A stretch of DNA of 64,000 bases from Felis catus. Lineage: Eukaryota. The notes below the pieces were generated by a model. That model was given only the letters and a program-made list of their open reading frames with translations. It had not been told where the DNA came from and did not search any database. Of the stretch, positions 62,880-64,000 are shown piece after piece; position 1 is the stretch's first letter, and the number at the start of each line of letters is the position of its first letter. Where the stretch lies: the NCBI RefSeq assembly GCF_018350175.1, contig NC_058375.1, positions 136,524,001 to 136,588,000 of the forward strand. Reading direction: 5' to 3'. The position numbers and the translations under genes are program-made.

Positions 62880-63660
62880 CCAAAACTGGCTCATTTTCTC
62901 CACTTAACTGTATTACACCACACTTTTCTTGGTCTCCTCTGCAGCTTATCTCATTTGTCTGCAGTCTCTCAAGGCTTAGTACCAGACCCTCTTTCCACTA
63001 TATTCTTTCTTCCTGGAAAATAAAATATCATTAAGGACAGGGTATTTCATTTATTACCCATAAGCTAATAACTGTAAGATGTGTATCTCTAGAACTTTCT
63101 TCTGCTTTTTAGATCTTTATATCTAATTATCTATTCGAATTTCCCATTTAGGGTCCCCCTGGATTCAGTTTAATCATGTCCAAAGCCAAACCATGATCTC
63201 TTCATCAAACTTGTTTTTCTCCCAGTGTCCTTATCCTAGTGAATAACACCACCATCCAATATGATTCGGAAGAAATCTAGGAGTCATGGTTATTACTACC
63301 ATCACTCCCACACAACATATTACTAAGACCAAAAGCTTTTATGTCCTAAATATTTCCTCAATGTATTTACCTTTCTCTTTCATCACTGCCACTTTCCTAG
63401 ACCTTGGGCCACTGGATACCCACCTGTTATTGTACCTGCATCAGTCATGTTTTCAAACTACAAAGTTGACAATGCCATTGCCTTTCCCATTCTCTTCCTC
63501 TGGGAAAAACCCATTGTTCTTAGGGTACAGACCAAGTCTTGTCTACAAGATTTTACATGGTCTAAAATCTGTGTCATCTCAAACTGTCCATTTCCCTCTT
63601 TATGCCTCAACCATACGTTCTGGTTCTTATAATATGCCCCATTACTCTGTGACTATTTGC
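62880..63660 (+). mobile_element. L2 fragment
   Basis: CATGTCCAAAGCCAAACC..; CACCACCATCCA..AGAAATCTAGGAGTCAT; CATCACTGCCACT..CTAG; CTTAGGGTACAGACCAAGTCTT. Confidence 0.8.
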
Positions 63661-64000
63661 TTCTCTATAAGTCTGGCTAAAGTCTTTAAAACATTTTTTC
63701 TAGTTATAAGAGTGGAACTAAGAGAAGATTCTTTGTCCACTAAATAAGTGGGCCAGCTCCTAGAAGATATATACTCACCAGCTATGAGAAAAGCAAAAGC
63801 AAGTGTAATTTGCTGTCCCATTTTCCCCAGATCTACTGAGAAATATCAAGAATATTTGTAATCCAAACAAAGAGTAGAATCACTCTAGGCAAACATGGAC
63901 ACACTGAGTTTGTAGCTAAATATGTGTTCTATGAAAATCACTGCCTGATGAATCTGGCCATCTAGCAACAAATGGGAAGAAGAAAATCAGAAGATCAGTG

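Noticed and set aside
63286-63747. 153-aa ORF, the longest ungapped one
   Set aside because: Lies within a degenerate L2 fragment; no protein-like features recognised.
1-64000. CRISPR arrays, operons, rRNA/tRNA genes or intact ERV/transposase genes
   Set aside because: Mammalian DNA with no regularly spaced repeat-spacer array. tRNA-like sequence is confined to SINE heads, and the LTRs are solo or fragmentary with no gag/pol/env.

Overview
Mammalian, almost certainly felid, nuclear DNA. The evidence is feline-type tRNA-derived Can-SINEs, including a young CpG-rich SINEC_Fc-like copy, and a carnivore L1 3' end. The window is AT-rich and looks intronic or intergenic, with six N-gaps. Features are mostly interspersed repeats: about 20 Can-SINEs, L1 fragments, many old L2 and MIR fragments, ERVL/MaLR and ERV1-like solo LTRs, hAT MITEs (MER5, MER20, MER58) and microsatellites. 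I could not recognise any protein-coding gene, RNA gene or CRISPR array. None of the six-frame ORFs is a credible CDS; they are gap-spanning, SINE/L1/L2-derived or low-complexity. Several multi-kb repeat-poor blocks (about 1.7-3.9, 12.6-14.9, 21.1-24.3, 35.6-41.4 and 45.2-49.4 kb) contain short plus-strand segments with good splice signals. These suggest an unidentified spliced gene or lncRNA, possibly with micro-exons, but this is inference only. The clearest structures seen directly are a twin-primed inverted L1, a SINE nested in a SINE, a SINE-LTR chimera and an L1 stub with an 18-bp TSD. Repeat family names come from recalled consensus similarity and repeat boundaries are approximate.
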